In this document: positions 9,968 through 20,817 of the stretch, in pieces
How positions within the stretch are numbered: position 1 is the stretch's first letter
Layout: every line of letters starts with the position of its first letter
Source: Spirochaetia bacterium
GTDB lineage: Bacteria > Spirochaetota > Spirochaetia > UBA9216
Assembly: GCA_963675665.1 (NCBI GenBank)
Contig: OY776510.1
Location: 1,760,001-1,824,000, forward strand
Length of the DNA stretch: 64,000 nucleotides
Direction: 5' to 3'
Notes under the pieces: generated by a model
Databases searched by the model: none
What the model was told of the DNA's origin: nothing
What the model saw: only the letters and a program-made list of their open reading frames with translations
Program-made: the position numbers and the translations under genes

Positions 9968-11062
9968 ATGAGATATTCACTTATTCTTGCCGGCGGCAGC
10001 GGAACCAGGTTATGGCCCATGAGCACGTCCGTTCAGCCGAAACAGCTTATACCTTTTATAAACGGAAGAAGTCTTCTCCAGATAGCGCATGAAAGGCTTG
10101 ACGGGCTTATTGCTCCGGAGAACAGATATATCTGTGCCGGAAATGCGCATAAAAATGCGATATTAGACCGGCTTCACAGATTTGACGAAAGCAGGTTTAT
10201 AGGAGAGCCGACAGGACGCGACACGCTGAATGCGCTGGCTTACAGTGCGGCAGTCTTGCATGGCGAGGATCCTGATGCGGTTATGGCGGTGTTTACTGCT
10301 GATCACATTATTGAACCGGTTGGTGAATTTCTCAAGATAGTGGAAAAGGGGTATGAGATTGTAGAAAACAACGAAAATACCCTTGTTACCTTCGGAATAA
10401 CCCCGGATCATGCTGCTACAGGGTTCGGCTATCTTGAGCTCGGCGATGAATTTTACAAAGGTTCGCGCAAACTGAAACAGTTCAGGGAGAAACCGGAGAA
10501 AGCCGGGGCGGAAAAGTACTATGCGGCCGGCCCGGAAAGCTATCTCTGGAACAGCGGAATGTTTGTATGGAAAGCGTCAACGCTGCTGGAATGCGTAAAG
10601 AAATATGAATATGAAAATTACTTGCAGATAATGAAAATTGCAGCAAGCCGGGGAACAGAAGCCTTTGAAAGCACCCTTGGGAAAATTTATAAGGATTTGA
10701 AAAAAATCAGCATTGATTTCGCCGTTATGGAACCGGCTTCAAAAGACGACGGTTTCAATGTTGTTTCTGTTCCGATGCCGCTGACATGGCTGGATATCGG
10801 GTCCTGGACAGCTTTTGCAGGCATCTGTGAAAAGGATGACAGCGGAAACAGTTTCGGAATAAAGAACCGGGTTCTGCTTGACAGCTCGGACAATCTTCTT
10901 GTTTCGGAGGAAGAAAACCATCTTATTGCCGGGATAGGGCTGGAGGGGTTGATAGTAATACATACTCCCGGGGCCACAATGATTTGTCCGAAAGATCGTG
11001 ATCAGGAAATTAAAAAGCTGTATGGCGCCGTCAGGGAAAAATATGGAGATAATTATATTTAA
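9968..11062 (+). CDS. manC: Mannose-1-phosphate guanylyltransferase
   Basis: LAGGSGTRLWP...PKQ, ADH, TGFGY, FREKP, WNSGMF, ISIDFAVME, WLDIGSW. Confidence 0.92.
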   Translation: MRYSLILAGGSGTRLWPMSTSVQPKQLIPFINGRSLLQIAHERLDGLIAPENRYICAGNAHKNAILDRLHRFDESRFIGEPTGRDTLNALAYSAAVLHGEDPDAVMAVFTADHIIEPVGEFLKIVEKGYEIVENNENTLVTFGITPDHAATGFGYLELGDEFYKGSRKLKQFREKPEKAGAEKYYAAGPESYLWNSGMFVWKASTLLECVKKYEYENYLQIMKIAASRGTEAFESTLGKIYKDLKKISIDFAVMEPASKDDGFNVVSVPMPLTWLDIGSWTAFAGICEKDDSGNSFGIKNRVLLDSSDNLLVSEEENHLIAGIGLEGLIVIHTPGATMICPKDRDQEIKKLYGAVREKYGDNYI

Positions 11063-11132
11063 GATGCACTTATGTTCATTATTCTGCAGATAACTTGATC
11101 TATTAATTGTTTAGTGGTATCTATTTAGTTCT

Positions 11133-13136
11133 ATGGAGCAACAAAATACGAAATTTAGCTATAGAAAATTAAAAAAAGATGAAATAGAGGTGATGATTGA
11201 ACGCGGCTGCGTTTGCGAAGAGTGGGACAGGATTGACGTTGCTGAGGATTTTCTTCCGGAGCGGTTTAAGAACGTTGCATTCTACGGAGATGTAAAGCTC
11301 GGCAGAATGGATAAACGTATAGATTCTGTAAGCGGCATCAGTCGAAAATGCGGAATCTATAATTCGGCAATACACAACTGTGTGATTAATGACAATGTCT
11401 ATATCAGAAATGTATCAAATTACATATCAAACTACCTTATTGAGCAGGATGTCATTATAGACGGAATAAATACCCTGGAAGTTACCGGAATGACAAGTTT
11501 CGGCAACGGGGTTCGGGCGTCGGTCATCAATGAAGGCGGCGGCCGTGAAGTTCCCATATATGACAGGCTTTCAGCGCATGAGGCTTATATAATCGCGCTT
11601 TACCGACATAAAGTGGCGCTGCTTGACAGGTTGCGCAGTATGATTGAAGCCTACTGTGATTCGGTTCGTTCGGATATGGGAGTTATCGGGGCCGGCACTC
11701 ATATTTCTTATTGCGGACACATTTCAAATGTAAAAATAGGTAATCACGCTGATATTGTAGGGATAGTTCGCCTTAAAAACGGAACAATCAAATCAACTTC
11801 GGATGCGCCTACAAGCGTTGGCGCCGGTGTTATTGCCGAAGATTTTATTCTGGCTTCAGGAAGCAGCGTTACCGACGGTGTAATCCTCGATCGCTGTTTT
11901 GTAGGCCAGGGAACAGAGCTCTCCAAACAGTATTCTGCGGAGAATTCGGTTTTCTTTGCGAATTGCGGAGGATTCCACGGAGAAGCCTGTTCGGTTTTTG
12001 CCGGTCCCTACACCGTAACACATCATAAATCAACATTGCTGATTGCCGGGCTTTATTCATTTATGAATGCCGGCTCAGGTTCAAATCAGAGCAATCATAT
12101 GTATAAACTCGGGCCCGTACACCAGGGAATTCTTGAACGGGGGACCAAGACCACGTCTAATTCGTACATAATATTTCCGGCCAGAATCGGCGCATTTACC
12201 CTTGTCATGGGGCGCCACGGGTCAAATCCTGATACTTCTGATCTGCCGTACAGTTATTTGATTGAAGAGGATGATGAAAGCGTGCTTGTTCCCGGTGTTA
12301 ATATCAAGAGTGTCGGGACAGTCAGGGATTCGAAGAAGTGGCCGAGACGCGACAGGCGTCTGGGGTCCGACCGTCTGGATTATATTACGTTTTACCTGCT
12401 TACGCCTTATACGGTTCAGAAAATGATTGCCGGAAAATTCATGCTGGAGAAACTTCAAAAAGAATCCGGAACATCTACCCAGAAATATTACCACAACGGA
12501 GTTAAAATAAGCCGATCCTCACTTGTTAAAGGAATCAAATATTATAATCTCGGAATTACCCGCTTCGTCGGTAACGTGCTGGTGTCTTTACTGAAGAGGA
12601 AAGGTTTCTCCAATATTGAGGAAATAAGAGCGCTTATTGACAGCGGTGATGATCTGGGTTGCAGCAAATGGCTTGATCTGGCAGGGTTGATAGTTCCGGA
12701 GGCCGCTGTTGAGCAGCTTTTCAGCAAAATCGAAAGCGGAGAGATAAGCGGGCTAAAGCAGGTAAGCGCTGAATTCAGGCGGATGCACAAGAGTTACAGT
12801 TCCTATGAAATAGCCTGGATGAAAGACCGTCTGGAGTCGTGGCTTGGCAAACCCAGCTGTGATTTTACGGCTGAAGATATATCGGGTGTTCTGGGAGAAT
12901 GGCTGAAGGCGGTTGAAACTCTCGACCAGATGCGCTGTGCTGATGCACGCAAGGAGTTCAGCGCAACTGCCATGGTCGGTTTCGGAATAGACGGTGATAC
13001 TGATGACAAACAGCAGGATTTTATTGAAGTCAGGGGCGAAGAAGACACAAATGATTTCATAACCCAGCTTAAGGCCCGCCTTGAACTGAAACAAAATACT
13101 GTGGCCGAACTGAAACAGAAACTGGCATTTCTCTAA
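11133..13136 (+). CDS. DUF4954-like protein with left-handed beta-helix region
   Basis: NEGGGREV, FAGPYTVTHHKSTLLIAG, SNQSNHMYKLGP, KWPRRDRR resemble the DUF4954 family as recalled. Confidence 0.75.
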   Translation: MEQQNTKFSYRKLKKDEIEVMIERGCVCEEWDRIDVAEDFLPERFKNVAFYGDVKLGRMDKRIDSVSGISRKCGIYNSAIHNCVINDNVYIRNVSNYISNYLIEQDVIIDGINTLEVTGMTSFGNGVRASVINEGGGREVPIYDRLSAHEAYIIALYRHKVALLDRLRSMIEAYCDSVRSDMGVIGAGTHISYCGHISNVKIGNHADIVGIVRLKNGTIKSTSDAPTSVGAGVIAEDFILASGSSVTDGVILDRCFVGQGTELSKQYSAENSVFFANCGGFHGEACSVFAGPYTVTHHKSTLLIAGLYSFMNAGSGSNQSNHMYKLGPVHQGILERGTKTTSNSYIIFPARIGAFTLVMGRHGSNPDTSDLPYSYLIEEDDESVLVPGVNIKSVGTVRDSKKWPRRDRRLGSDRLDYITFYLLTPYTVQKMIAGKFMLEKLQKESGTSTQKYYHNGVKISRSSLVKGIKYYNLGITRFVGNVLVSLLKRKGFSNIEEIRALIDSGDDLGCSKWLDLAGLIVPEAAVEQLFSKIESGEISGLKQVSAEFRRMHKSYSSYEIAWMKDRLESWLGKPSCDFTAEDISGVLGEWLKAVETLDQMRCADARKEFSATAMVGFGIDGDTDDKQQDFIEVRGEEDTNDFITQLKARLELKQNTVAELKQKLAFL

Positions 13137-13165
13137 AGGCCAATCAAGAATTACTGTCCAACGAT

Positions 13166-13226
13166 TTGACTTACTGTCAGTTATGGATTATATTATGACT
13201 GTAGGGTCATGTGACCATGAAGTCAT
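13166..13226 (+). promoter_or_regulatory. Sigma70 promoter with tandem TetR operators
   Basis: TTGACT-N17-TATATT followed by ATGACTGTAGGGTCAT and GTGACCATGAAGTCAT (TGAC-N6-GTCA twice). Confidence 0.75.
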
Positions 13227-13256
13227 ATGATGCGGCCGTCTCACCTGGGGTGTTGA

Positions 13257-13910
13257 ATGCCGAAAGAAACATTTTTCAATTTGCCGGATGAAAAACGTCG
13301 ACTCATCGAGAATACGGCAATAACTGAATTCGCAGCCCGCGGATTTGATAAAGCTTCAGTAAACACAATTGTACAGAACTCCGGTATTGCCAAAGGCAGT
13401 TTCTATCAGTATTTTACCGGTAAAAAAGACCTGTTTTTTTATATCATCATGGAAGTTGCGGCCCGAAGAAAGCTGCAGTACATGTCTCCTGTGTTAAAGA
13501 ATCCTGAAGGTATTGATTTTTTTATAATTCTGAAAGAACTCTTCATCTCAGGGCTGAGATTTGCTGCTGAGCATCCCGAATTGGAAAAACTGGGAATGTG
13601 GGTTGTGAATAACACCGGGCACCCTGTTTATAATGAATTATTCAATGGATCCGGGCACCTTTCAACAGATATATACAGGCAGATGCTCTCTGCTTCAGCG
13701 GACAGGGGAGAACTGCGCAGTGATATCGATATTGATTTTATCAGTTTTCTTTTCCCTGTATTGCTGTCAGGAACAATGGATTACTGTTTAAAGAATTCCT
13801 GTGGGAAGAAGGTTGACGGAGTCTCCGATATCAGCGATGAGATTATGAAAAAAGTCGATTTGATGATTGATTTTTTAAGAGACGGAATAGGAAAAATAAA
13901 GATGGCCTGA
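13257..13910 (+). CDS. TetR/AcrR family regulator
   Basis: MPKETFFNLPDEKR...GIAKGSFYQYF.GKKDL. Confidence 0.93.
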   Translation: MPKETFFNLPDEKRRLIENTAITEFAARGFDKASVNTIVQNSGIAKGSFYQYFTGKKDLFFYIIMEVAARRKLQYMSPVLKNPEGIDFFIILKELFISGLRFAAEHPELEKLGMWVVNNTGHPVYNELFNGSGHLSTDIYRQMLSASADRGELRSDIDIDFISFLFPVLLSGTMDYCLKNSCGKKVDGVSDISDEIMKKVDLMIDFLRDGIGKIKMA

Positions 13911-13953
13911 CACCGCCATCCAGGACGGGTCATTTTTGTAGAAGGAGTGAATC

Positions 13954-14808
13954 ATGATTTCGGTAAAAAACCTTTCCCATTCATATCATAAGGATGGAAA
14001 TCTTGCGGTAAACAACATCAGTTTTGAGATAGAAAAAGGCGAGACTTTCGGGTTCCTGGGGCCTTCGGGCGCCGGTAAATCCACAACCCAGGGTATTTTG
14101 ACGGGGCTTTTAAAGCAGCAGGAAGGCGAGGTCATTGTTGCCGGGTATAATGTAAAAAAGGTTCAGAATGAAAGATTCAATAAAATAGGTGTTTCGTTTG
14201 AACAGTCCAATGTATACAGCAAGCTGACTGCCAAAGAGAACCTTGACTGCTATGCCAAACTGTTTGATGTTCCCACACTTGATTCAATGGAGCTCCTTCG
14301 TCTGGTGGGCCTTGACGGCAAGGAAAACGAACGTGCGGGAGATTTTTCCAAGGGCATGAAACACCGCCTGACTTTTGCACGTTCAATGATTAATAATCCT
14401 GAACTATGGTTTCTTGATGAACCGACAACAGGGCTTGACCCGGCCATTGCTGCAACAATCAAGGACATTATCAGGGAACGGGCGTCCGGGGGAACTACCT
14501 CCTTTCTGACCACACATAATATGTATATAGCCGATGAGCTTTGCGACAGGGTTGCATTTATAATTGACGGTGAAATTAAACTGATCGATACCCCGAAGAA
14601 CCTAAAACTGCAGTATGGTCAGAAATTGATTGATATCGAATATATTGATAACGGCAAGGTTGTAAAAGAAACACTGAAAACCGTTACCGAAGCCGATCGC
14701 CGGCGTATCGGAGAAATCATCGATAGCCATGATATTCAGACAATGCATACCAAAGAAGCAACCCTTGAAGAGATCTTCATCCAGGTAACCGGAAGGGGGC
14801 TTGTTTAG
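13954..14808 (+). CDS. ABC exporter ATP-binding protein
   Basis: Walker A GPSGAGKST, FSKGM signature, FLDEPT. Confidence 0.95.
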   Translation: MISVKNLSHSYHKDGNLAVNNISFEIEKGETFGFLGPSGAGKSTTQGILTGLLKQQEGEVIVAGYNVKKVQNERFNKIGVSFEQSNVYSKLTAKENLDCYAKLFDVPTLDSMELLRLVGLDGKENERAGDFSKGMKHRLTFARSMINNPELWFLDEPTTGLDPAIAATIKDIIRERASGGTTSFLTTHNMYIADELCDRVAFIIDGEIKLIDTPKNLKLQYGQKLIDIEYIDNGKVVKETLKTVTEADRRRIGEIIDSHDIQTMHTKEATLEEIFIQVTGRGLV

Positions 14809-14809
14809 A

Positions 14810-15997
14810 ATGAAACTTTTAAGCTCTTATTTCAAAGAGATGAAGATAGCTGCAAGGGGATTTTACTTTTATATTGAAATTGTCATTGCTGTAATAATAC
14901 TTGTAATATTGCTTGTTGCGGTAAATGAAAAATCGGTAAGCAAGCAGAAGGAGTTTGTGTATTACGATATGCCCCGGGAAATGAAGGAATATCTGATACA
15001 GAATGAGATCGACAAGGGGACGCTGAAGCCGGTTGAACCTGCAGAGTTTAAGATGAAGGCTGTTGAGTTTGATGTCGGGAATGTTGAAACCGGAGAGGTC
15101 ACACATTATGTTTTCGGGAAAGAGATATATAGTATTGAAACATACCAGGAGTGGGACCCTGATACCGGAGAACTTGTAAAGACTGCATATATCACTGAGA
15201 GTGAAGAGCAGATGATACGCCTGTCCCGGCAGGAGCGGAAGATCGGTGCAGCAATCGCTGTGAATGACGCCGGAGAAAGAACATTCAGGTACTATAATCA
15301 GGGTTATGAGACGGAACGTTTTATAAATCTGCTCTATGTTCTTCATAACGAATCACCTGAAGCCCTGAAGATTGCTGTAGATAAGCAGGAGGTCCGGAAA
15401 GCCGGAGATGTTCAGGTTCTGAATAACCGTGAAAATCTGGTGCCCACAATGGTAGTATTCATGGGCTCGCTTATGGGATTCTTCATAGTTGTGGCTTATA
15501 TTTTTCTTGATAAGACGGAAGGTGTTATCCGCGCCTTTGCAGTTACACCCTCATCGGTATGGAAGTACCTTTTAAGCAAAACAATGATTATACTAACAAC
15601 CGTTCTGATATCCTCTTCGATCATTACAATACCGGTGCTGGGTACTCAGCCGAACTATCTCCTGTTCTATCTGCTGCTTCTGATATCAACATTCGCTTTT
15701 GCGGCCCTGGGGCTGCTGATTTCAAGTTTCTTCGATACGATATCCAAAGCATTCGGCGTCCTGTATTTTTTCATGATTGCATTGATGATCCCGGCATTCT
15801 CATATTACATTCCCGGTTTTGATCCGGTATGGCTGAGGTTTTTTCCGACATATCCGTTGCTGCAGAGCATGAAGGAAATTTTAATGATCAGCACCGACGT
15901 GAAGTATGTACTGAGCTGTTCCGGTGTCTTTCTTGCAGGCGGAATCCTGCTGTTTTTGCTTGCGAACATCAGGTTTAAAAAGACGTTGACGGTATAA
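14810..15997 (+). CDS. ABC-2 type exporter permease
   Basis: 1 TM, large loop, 5 TM; DKTEG...AFAVTP...YLLSK. Confidence 0.85.
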   Translation: MKLLSSYFKEMKIAARGFYFYIEIVIAVIILVILLVAVNEKSVSKQKEFVYYDMPREMKEYLIQNEIDKGTLKPVEPAEFKMKAVEFDVGNVETGEVTHYVFGKEIYSIETYQEWDPDTGELVKTAYITESEEQMIRLSRQERKIGAAIAVNDAGERTFRYYNQGYETERFINLLYVLHNESPEALKIAVDKQEVRKAGDVQVLNNRENLVPTMVVFMGSLMGFFIVVAYIFLDKTEGVIRAFAVTPSSVWKYLLSKTMIILTTVLISSSIITIPVLGTQPNYLLFYLLLLISTFAFAALGLLISSFFDTISKAFGVLYFFMIALMIPAFSYYIPGFDPVWLRFFPTYPLLQSMKEILMISTDVKYVLSCSGVFLAGGILLFLLANIRFKKTLTV

Positions 15998-16004
15998 GAA
16001 GCGG

Positions 16005-16097
16005 GATTCCGAAATAGCTTCCCTGCTATTTCAGAATCATGAAGGTTGAAAACACAGTTTCCAACCTTCAACCCCTGAAAACCCGCATCCATGCGGG
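16005..16097 (+). repeat. Dispersed three-hairpin element, copy A
   Basis: GAAATAGC-ttccct-GCTATTTC; GAAGGTTG...CAACCTTC; CCCGCATCCATGCGGG. Confidence 0.7.
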
Positions 16098-16117
16098 AAC
16101 TTTTTACAGGAGGGACT

Positions 16118-17119
16118 ATGTTCAAGAATGCTTTTAAGATTTTTATAAGAGACTTTAAGATAGCAAGACGTGATTCCATGGGACTGGTTATCATGATAAT
16201 GCCGATAATTCTGGCGATCGGATTGAATTTCTTTATTCCGGGGCTGAACGACACAACCGTAAATCTTGCCCTGCTCGAAAACGACAGCGCGGAACATATT
16301 GAGTATATGGAACAGTTTGCAAATGTTGAGATCTTCAGCAATGAGGATGATTTGACAGACCGTGTGAACAAGCGCGATGATGTAGCAGCAATAGTACCGA
16401 AAGGAGATGCCTGGGAGATTGTCCTGCAGGGAAATGAACCGGGGATTGTCGAAAGCTACGCAAAGGCTCTGAATGCACTATATGAACTTGGAGCAACCAG
16501 GGAAGAAACTACTGCAGCCATGTACTCATTCGGACATACCGTCTCGCCTGTCAAGACAATGATGGTGAATATGCTGATATCCATGATTATAATGCTTTCG
16601 GGTATGCTGATCGCCATAAGCATAGTAGGGGAGAAGGCTGATAATACAATCAATGCCGTAAATGTTACTCCCGCATCACAGACCGCCTTCATTCTGGGAA
16701 AGAGCATGATGGGCGGGATGGTCGCGCTGCTTTCAATCATTATATCGCTTATTGTGACCGGTTATTATGATATCAACTGGTTTATGATTATACTCGTAGG
16801 ACTGTCTTCAATGCTGCTTGCGCTGACAGTCGGTTTTGTTCAGGGGCTTGCAAGTGATGATGTGATTGAGGCGGCCACAAATGTAAAGATGATTATGATT
16901 CCTATCGCCGGTTCAATTGCGGGCTACGAGCTGCTTTCGGACAAATGGCAATGGACACTGTACTGGAGCCCGTTTTACTGGGCCTATAAGGCTAATCTGA
17001 TGGTGCTGTCGAAGACTGCCGACTGGCCGACGGTACTGCTTTGTACCGGTATGGTTCTCGTTCTTTCATTAGCGGTTTATTTCCTGCTGAAGTCCAGGAT
17101 AAGAGAGGGATTAAGCTGA
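16118..17119 (+). CDS. ABC-2 type exporter permease
   Basis: Same topology; EKADNT...NVTP...FILGK; CAGGAGG RBS. Confidence 0.85.
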   Translation: MFKNAFKIFIRDFKIARRDSMGLVIMIMPIILAIGLNFFIPGLNDTTVNLALLENDSAEHIEYMEQFANVEIFSNEDDLTDRVNKRDDVAAIVPKGDAWEIVLQGNEPGIVESYAKALNALYELGATREETTAAMYSFGHTVSPVKTMMVNMLISMIIMLSGMLIAISIVGEKADNTINAVNVTPASQTAFILGKSMMGGMVALLSIIISLIVTGYYDINWFMIILVGLSSMLLALTVGFVQGLASDDVIEAATNVKMIMIPIAGSIAGYELLSDKWQWTLYWSPFYWAYKANLMVLSKTADWPTVLLCTGMVLVLSLAVYFLLKSRIREGLS

Positions 17120-17210
17120 AACAGCTTCCTTGCTGTTTCAGCTTAATGGAACGCCACACCATCGGTGCTGCTTCGCAGTCCGTGGCGAAAGTTTTTTTAA
17201 GGAGATTTGT

Positions 17211-17435
17211 ATGGGTATTGGGTATTTGCTGGGCGGAATCGCATGTCTTTTATATTTCGCGTTTGTCGGCTATTTCGGCGGAATTAAGAAGGCGCCGGGA
17301 CTGCTTAAACTTGTAAAGATGAAACTTGGCAAGAACATTTCTGATGATACGGCGGCAAAAATCTGTATTGTCATGTCAATTATTATTCTGGCTCTCGGGA
17401 TATTTCTCTTTATTTTCGGTGGAATTAAAGGGTAA
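17211..17435 (+). CDS. Small two-TM hypothetical membrane protein (74 aa)
   Basis: AAGGAG RBS before ATG 17211; two hydrophobic helices. Confidence 0.75.
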   Translation: MGIGYLLGGIACLLYFAFVGYFGGIKKAPGLLKLVKMKLGKNISDDTAAKICIVMSIIILALGIFLFIFGGIKG

Positions 17436-17465
17436 GAGAATTTCTCCTGCTGTTCGCGGTTTTAT

Positions 17466-20400
17466 CTACACGATCGTTTCATCGCGCCACATTGAGTCGT
17501 CCGGGGCAGCCCCGCCGAGAAGGCGATCTTTAAGAATAATGGTTTTTTCGTCGGCAGTTACCTTGTAATATGCCTGCAGCTTTTTGTTCAGTTTATCGAA
17601 CATTCTTGGAATCTCGCTTCTGTTGCCGACGGATGCGCTGGCAACCATCAGCATTCTGTATGCGGGTTCGCAGAGCGGGTCGGCATCGATCAGATGTTTG
17701 GCCCATTCGAGGGCTTCCCTGAACTCTGCGGCATTAAGGGACAGGAGAATCATCTTAAAAAGAAGGTTTCTGTATTTGGAACGAAGTGTCTCGCGTTCGT
17801 CTCTGATGAAGTCGAAGTAAAGATCATTTTCAAGAAAATCACCTTTGTACAGTTCTATTGCCGAACGGTATAAACGGATAGACATTTCGTAGTTGCCGTT
17901 TTTTTCCGCTTCTGTTCCAAGTTTTATAAATTCAAGAAATCTGTCGGCATCCGTAATGACCGTGTCCTCTTTAAACCGTAGAGAATTAACATCGGTATAT
18001 AAAAAATCATCCTTGTTATTCAGTAATTTGCGTAACCTGTAGATAATGGTATTTAAATTGTCCCGCGCGCTTTTATAGGAATAGCGCGGCCAGAAAAGTT
18101 CATAAATGCGCTCTTTCATTATTCCGGTTTTTCTGTAGACTATCAGAAGTTTCAATAAATCCATTACCCTTTTCTGTCCGCCCAGCAGATCAGCTGATAC
18201 TTCACTGCCTTTGACGAATACGCTGAATGTCCCAAGCGTATTGATTTCCAGTTCGTAATGTGATTTAGACATTTTTTCATACTGCTTATCATGTTTCAGC
18301 CTGGGAAACTCTTCGAAAATGCTGCTTTTATTAATTTCGGCAATTGCTTTTAGGAGCTCCGGAGAGCAAATATCCAGATTGGTGTAAGAGTTATCCGTTA
18401 CGATCTTTTCCATTTTTTTGAAATACGATTTTGACTCTGTTTTGGCGCCGCCGAGATGTTTATTATAACTCATTAATGCCAAAGCTGTTGCATATGGATA
18501 CGGGAACTCTTCCTTGTCTATTGCCCCCAGCAGTTTTTCAATCAGTTTTATGCTGGTTTTGGGGTTGTCGGTAAACAGGCTTACTTCGGCAAGAACAAGA
18601 AGGCTGAACGGAAAATCAGTTCTTAACAGTTTCTCGTTCTCCTTTTCCTGCAGCCTGTTGCAGTAATATTTTGCACGGCGCTTGTTCCCTGTCCGGTAGG
18701 CAATAAGCATTTCGAACAGGAATTCATAATTATATTTCAGGTAAAGGTTTTCTCCGGTTTCGTTATCTCTCAATTTCTCGTATAGGGCTTCTGCCTTTTC
18801 AACATTATTAAGATAAAGATTGTAATATACCAGGTTAAGATAAAGATACGGTTTAAAAGCGAATTCGCCGCCGGATGAAGAAAGGGCCTTGTGAATCTGG
18901 GAAATTGCGGTTGATATCTCTCCGCAATAGAAATATGTATCGCCGAGATAAAAGCTGGACAGACTCTGATATTGCCGGTAAAGATGGAAAGACCCTTCGG
19001 TAAACAGGTTCTCCGTTTTTTTCAGAAGCTTCTTTGCGCTGTTAAATTCTCCTCTTGCTATATAAATCTTGGACAATACAAGCCTGGAGCAGAGAAAGGC
19101 TTCCTCATTATGCAGGCGGGTCGAGGTTTCTTCGGCCCGAAGGGCTATTTCAAAAGCCTGAATTCGTGAGGCTCCGGTCCACCATTGTCCGAGGGGTATA
19201 AGGACTTTTAAAAGTTCGTATTTTTCAATAGGTATTTTCTCACCGTTTTTTAGCAGAAACTCTTCAGCCATATTTATAATATTCCCGACGGTTTCGGCGT
19301 TAGTCTGGAAGAAAAAATAATTTGTTAAAAGTACGGTATATATTGTAGCCTGTCTGTCGTAATCTTCCGAGCTGTTGAATATATACAGCAGTTTTAACAG
19401 CTGCTTTCGTGAAGTTTCAGGCTGCATGAGGTTGTTGACAATTGCGTTGTAGTACGACAGATAAGGATCGGCCTCCTGCATCTCCTGGGGAAAGAACGAA
19501 AGCAGATCGTTGATTGATTCGTATTCATTATTTTTGATTAAATCTTCAGCGTAATTGAGCAGCTGGTGCTTTGCATTTTCATACATTTCAGCCTTGCACA
19601 GGAATTCCACAGCCTTTCTGATGTCTTCTTCTTCAAGATAATATTCGGCAATGCCGGAAAGGGCGGTGCTGATTCTTTCTTTTCCAAGGCCCAGGAATTC
19701 ATTATGAAGATAGGTTCGAAATATAGGGTTGAAAGAGCAATGGTAAGTGGCCGGTATCTTTAAACTTATAAAGAGATTCATCCGCTGCAGTTCTTTTATG
19801 GTTTTGAAGCCGTTGCCGCCGGTAATTACTTCTACGAGATGGGGTGAGAATTCTTCCACAGCACCAAGCTGGACAAGGGTTTCGGTCATTTCCGACGGAA
19901 GGTGCTGAAGAATCTGGGTTTTCAGGTAATCGTCGATTTCCGGAATTGACTGTGTTACAAGGAAATCTTCAAGCAGATATTCGCCTTCTTTTCTTGGCAG
20001 GCAGCAGATTTTTTCAAGCAGAAATATTATTGCGGTTATCCAGCCTTCAGTTACCTCAATCAGTCGTTCAAGGACAATCGAATCCAGGGTCATGTCATAA
20101 AGATTATAGATAAGATTATGTATATCGTCCCTGTTGAAAGCCAGGTCTCGGTTTTTGAGTTCAGTCAGTTCCTTTCTGGATCTGATGCGTGCAAGAGACA
20201 GGTTGGGCGTCTCTCTTGTCAACAGGATAATATGGATTCTTGTAGAAAGTTGTTCAAGAAGTCGTTCTATAACCGTACATGATTCCGGCGCCCTGTTGAT
20301 AAATTCGTAATCTTCAAGAATCAGATAAAGGTTTTCCGGCAGTTTACTTATGATAGAATCGCACAATTTGTCTGATGCGCCTGCCGGGGTATCAGATTCG

Positions 20401-20684
20401 CTTACGGATATATTACGAAGGTTCGGTCTTTGATCTATATATGTGTTAAGCGTGTTTTGCAGTCTGTTCAACATTGTTAGATAATTGGTGTCCGTTCTCT
20501 GAATACGAAACCAGATACATTTATGTTCTTCAGTTTTAATAAAATCATAGGCTGCGGCTGATTTACCCATCCCGGGGCCTGTTTCAACTATAACGACATG
20601 CTTATCCTCAAGCGCACTGTATAGTCTTGGGCGGGACAGGACTTTTCTCAATTCCGGCGGCTGAAATTCTTTGGAAGAATGCAT
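17466..20684 (-). CDS. MalT-like ATPase/TPR regulator with C-terminal wHTH-BTAD domain
   Basis: LSRPRL, GPGMGKS, LILEDY, TEGW; C-terminal LGTF...FWP...NLNTIIYRLRK...LYKGDFL...DPLCE. Confidence 0.85.
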   Translation of the reverse strand: MHSSKEFQPPELRKVLSRPRLYSALEDKHVVIVETGPGMGKSAAAYDFIKTEEHKCIWFRIQRTDTNYLTMLNRLQNTLNTYIDQRPNLRNISVSESDTPAGASDKLCDSIISKLPENLYLILEDYEFINRAPESCTVIERLLEQLSTRIHIILLTRETPNLSLARIRSRKELTELKNRDLAFNRDDIHNLIYNLYDMTLDSIVLERLIEVTEGWITAIIFLLEKICCLPRKEGEYLLEDFLVTQSIPEIDDYLKTQILQHLPSEMTETLVQLGAVEEFSPHLVEVITGGNGFKTIKELQRMNLFISLKIPATYHCSFNPIFRTYLHNEFLGLGKERISTALSGIAEYYLEEEDIRKAVEFLCKAEMYENAKHQLLNYAEDLIKNNEYESINDLLSFFPQEMQEADPYLSYYNAIVNNLMQPETSRKQLLKLLYIFNSSEDYDRQATIYTVLLTNYFFFQTNAETVGNIINMAEEFLLKNGEKIPIEKYELLKVLIPLGQWWTGASRIQAFEIALRAEETSTRLHNEEAFLCSRLVLSKIYIARGEFNSAKKLLKKTENLFTEGSFHLYRQYQSLSSFYLGDTYFYCGEISTAISQIHKALSSSGGEFAFKPYLYLNLVYYNLYLNNVEKAEALYEKLRDNETGENLYLKYNYEFLFEMLIAYRTGNKRRAKYYCNRLQEKENEKLLRTDFPFSLLVLAEVSLFTDNPKTSIKLIEKLLGAIDKEEFPYPYATALALMSYNKHLGGAKTESKSYFKKMEKIVTDNSYTNLDICSPELLKAIAEINKSSIFEEFPRLKHDKQYEKMSKSHYELEINTLGTFSVFVKGSEVSADLLGGQKRVMDLLKLLIVYRKTGIMKERIYELFWPRYSYKSARDNLNTIIYRLRKLLNNKDDFLYTDVNSLRFKEDTVITDADRFLEFIKLGTEAEKNGNYEMSIRLYRSAIELYKGDFLENDLYFDFIRDERETLRSKYRNLLFKMILLSLNAAEFREALEWAKHLIDADPLCEPAYRMLMVASASVGNRSEIPRMFDKLNKKLQAYYKVTADEKTIILKDRLLGGAAPDDSMWRDETIV

Positions 20685-20817
20685 AAAAACTCCTGATTAC
20701 TGTAAAAAAAAGTTCTTAACAGGGCGATGTTATTATCCGTTCAGAACTGTGACAGTACATTATTGTATAAAAAAACATAAAACTCAACATATTATTTTTT
20801 ATAGAGAGGTATACAGA

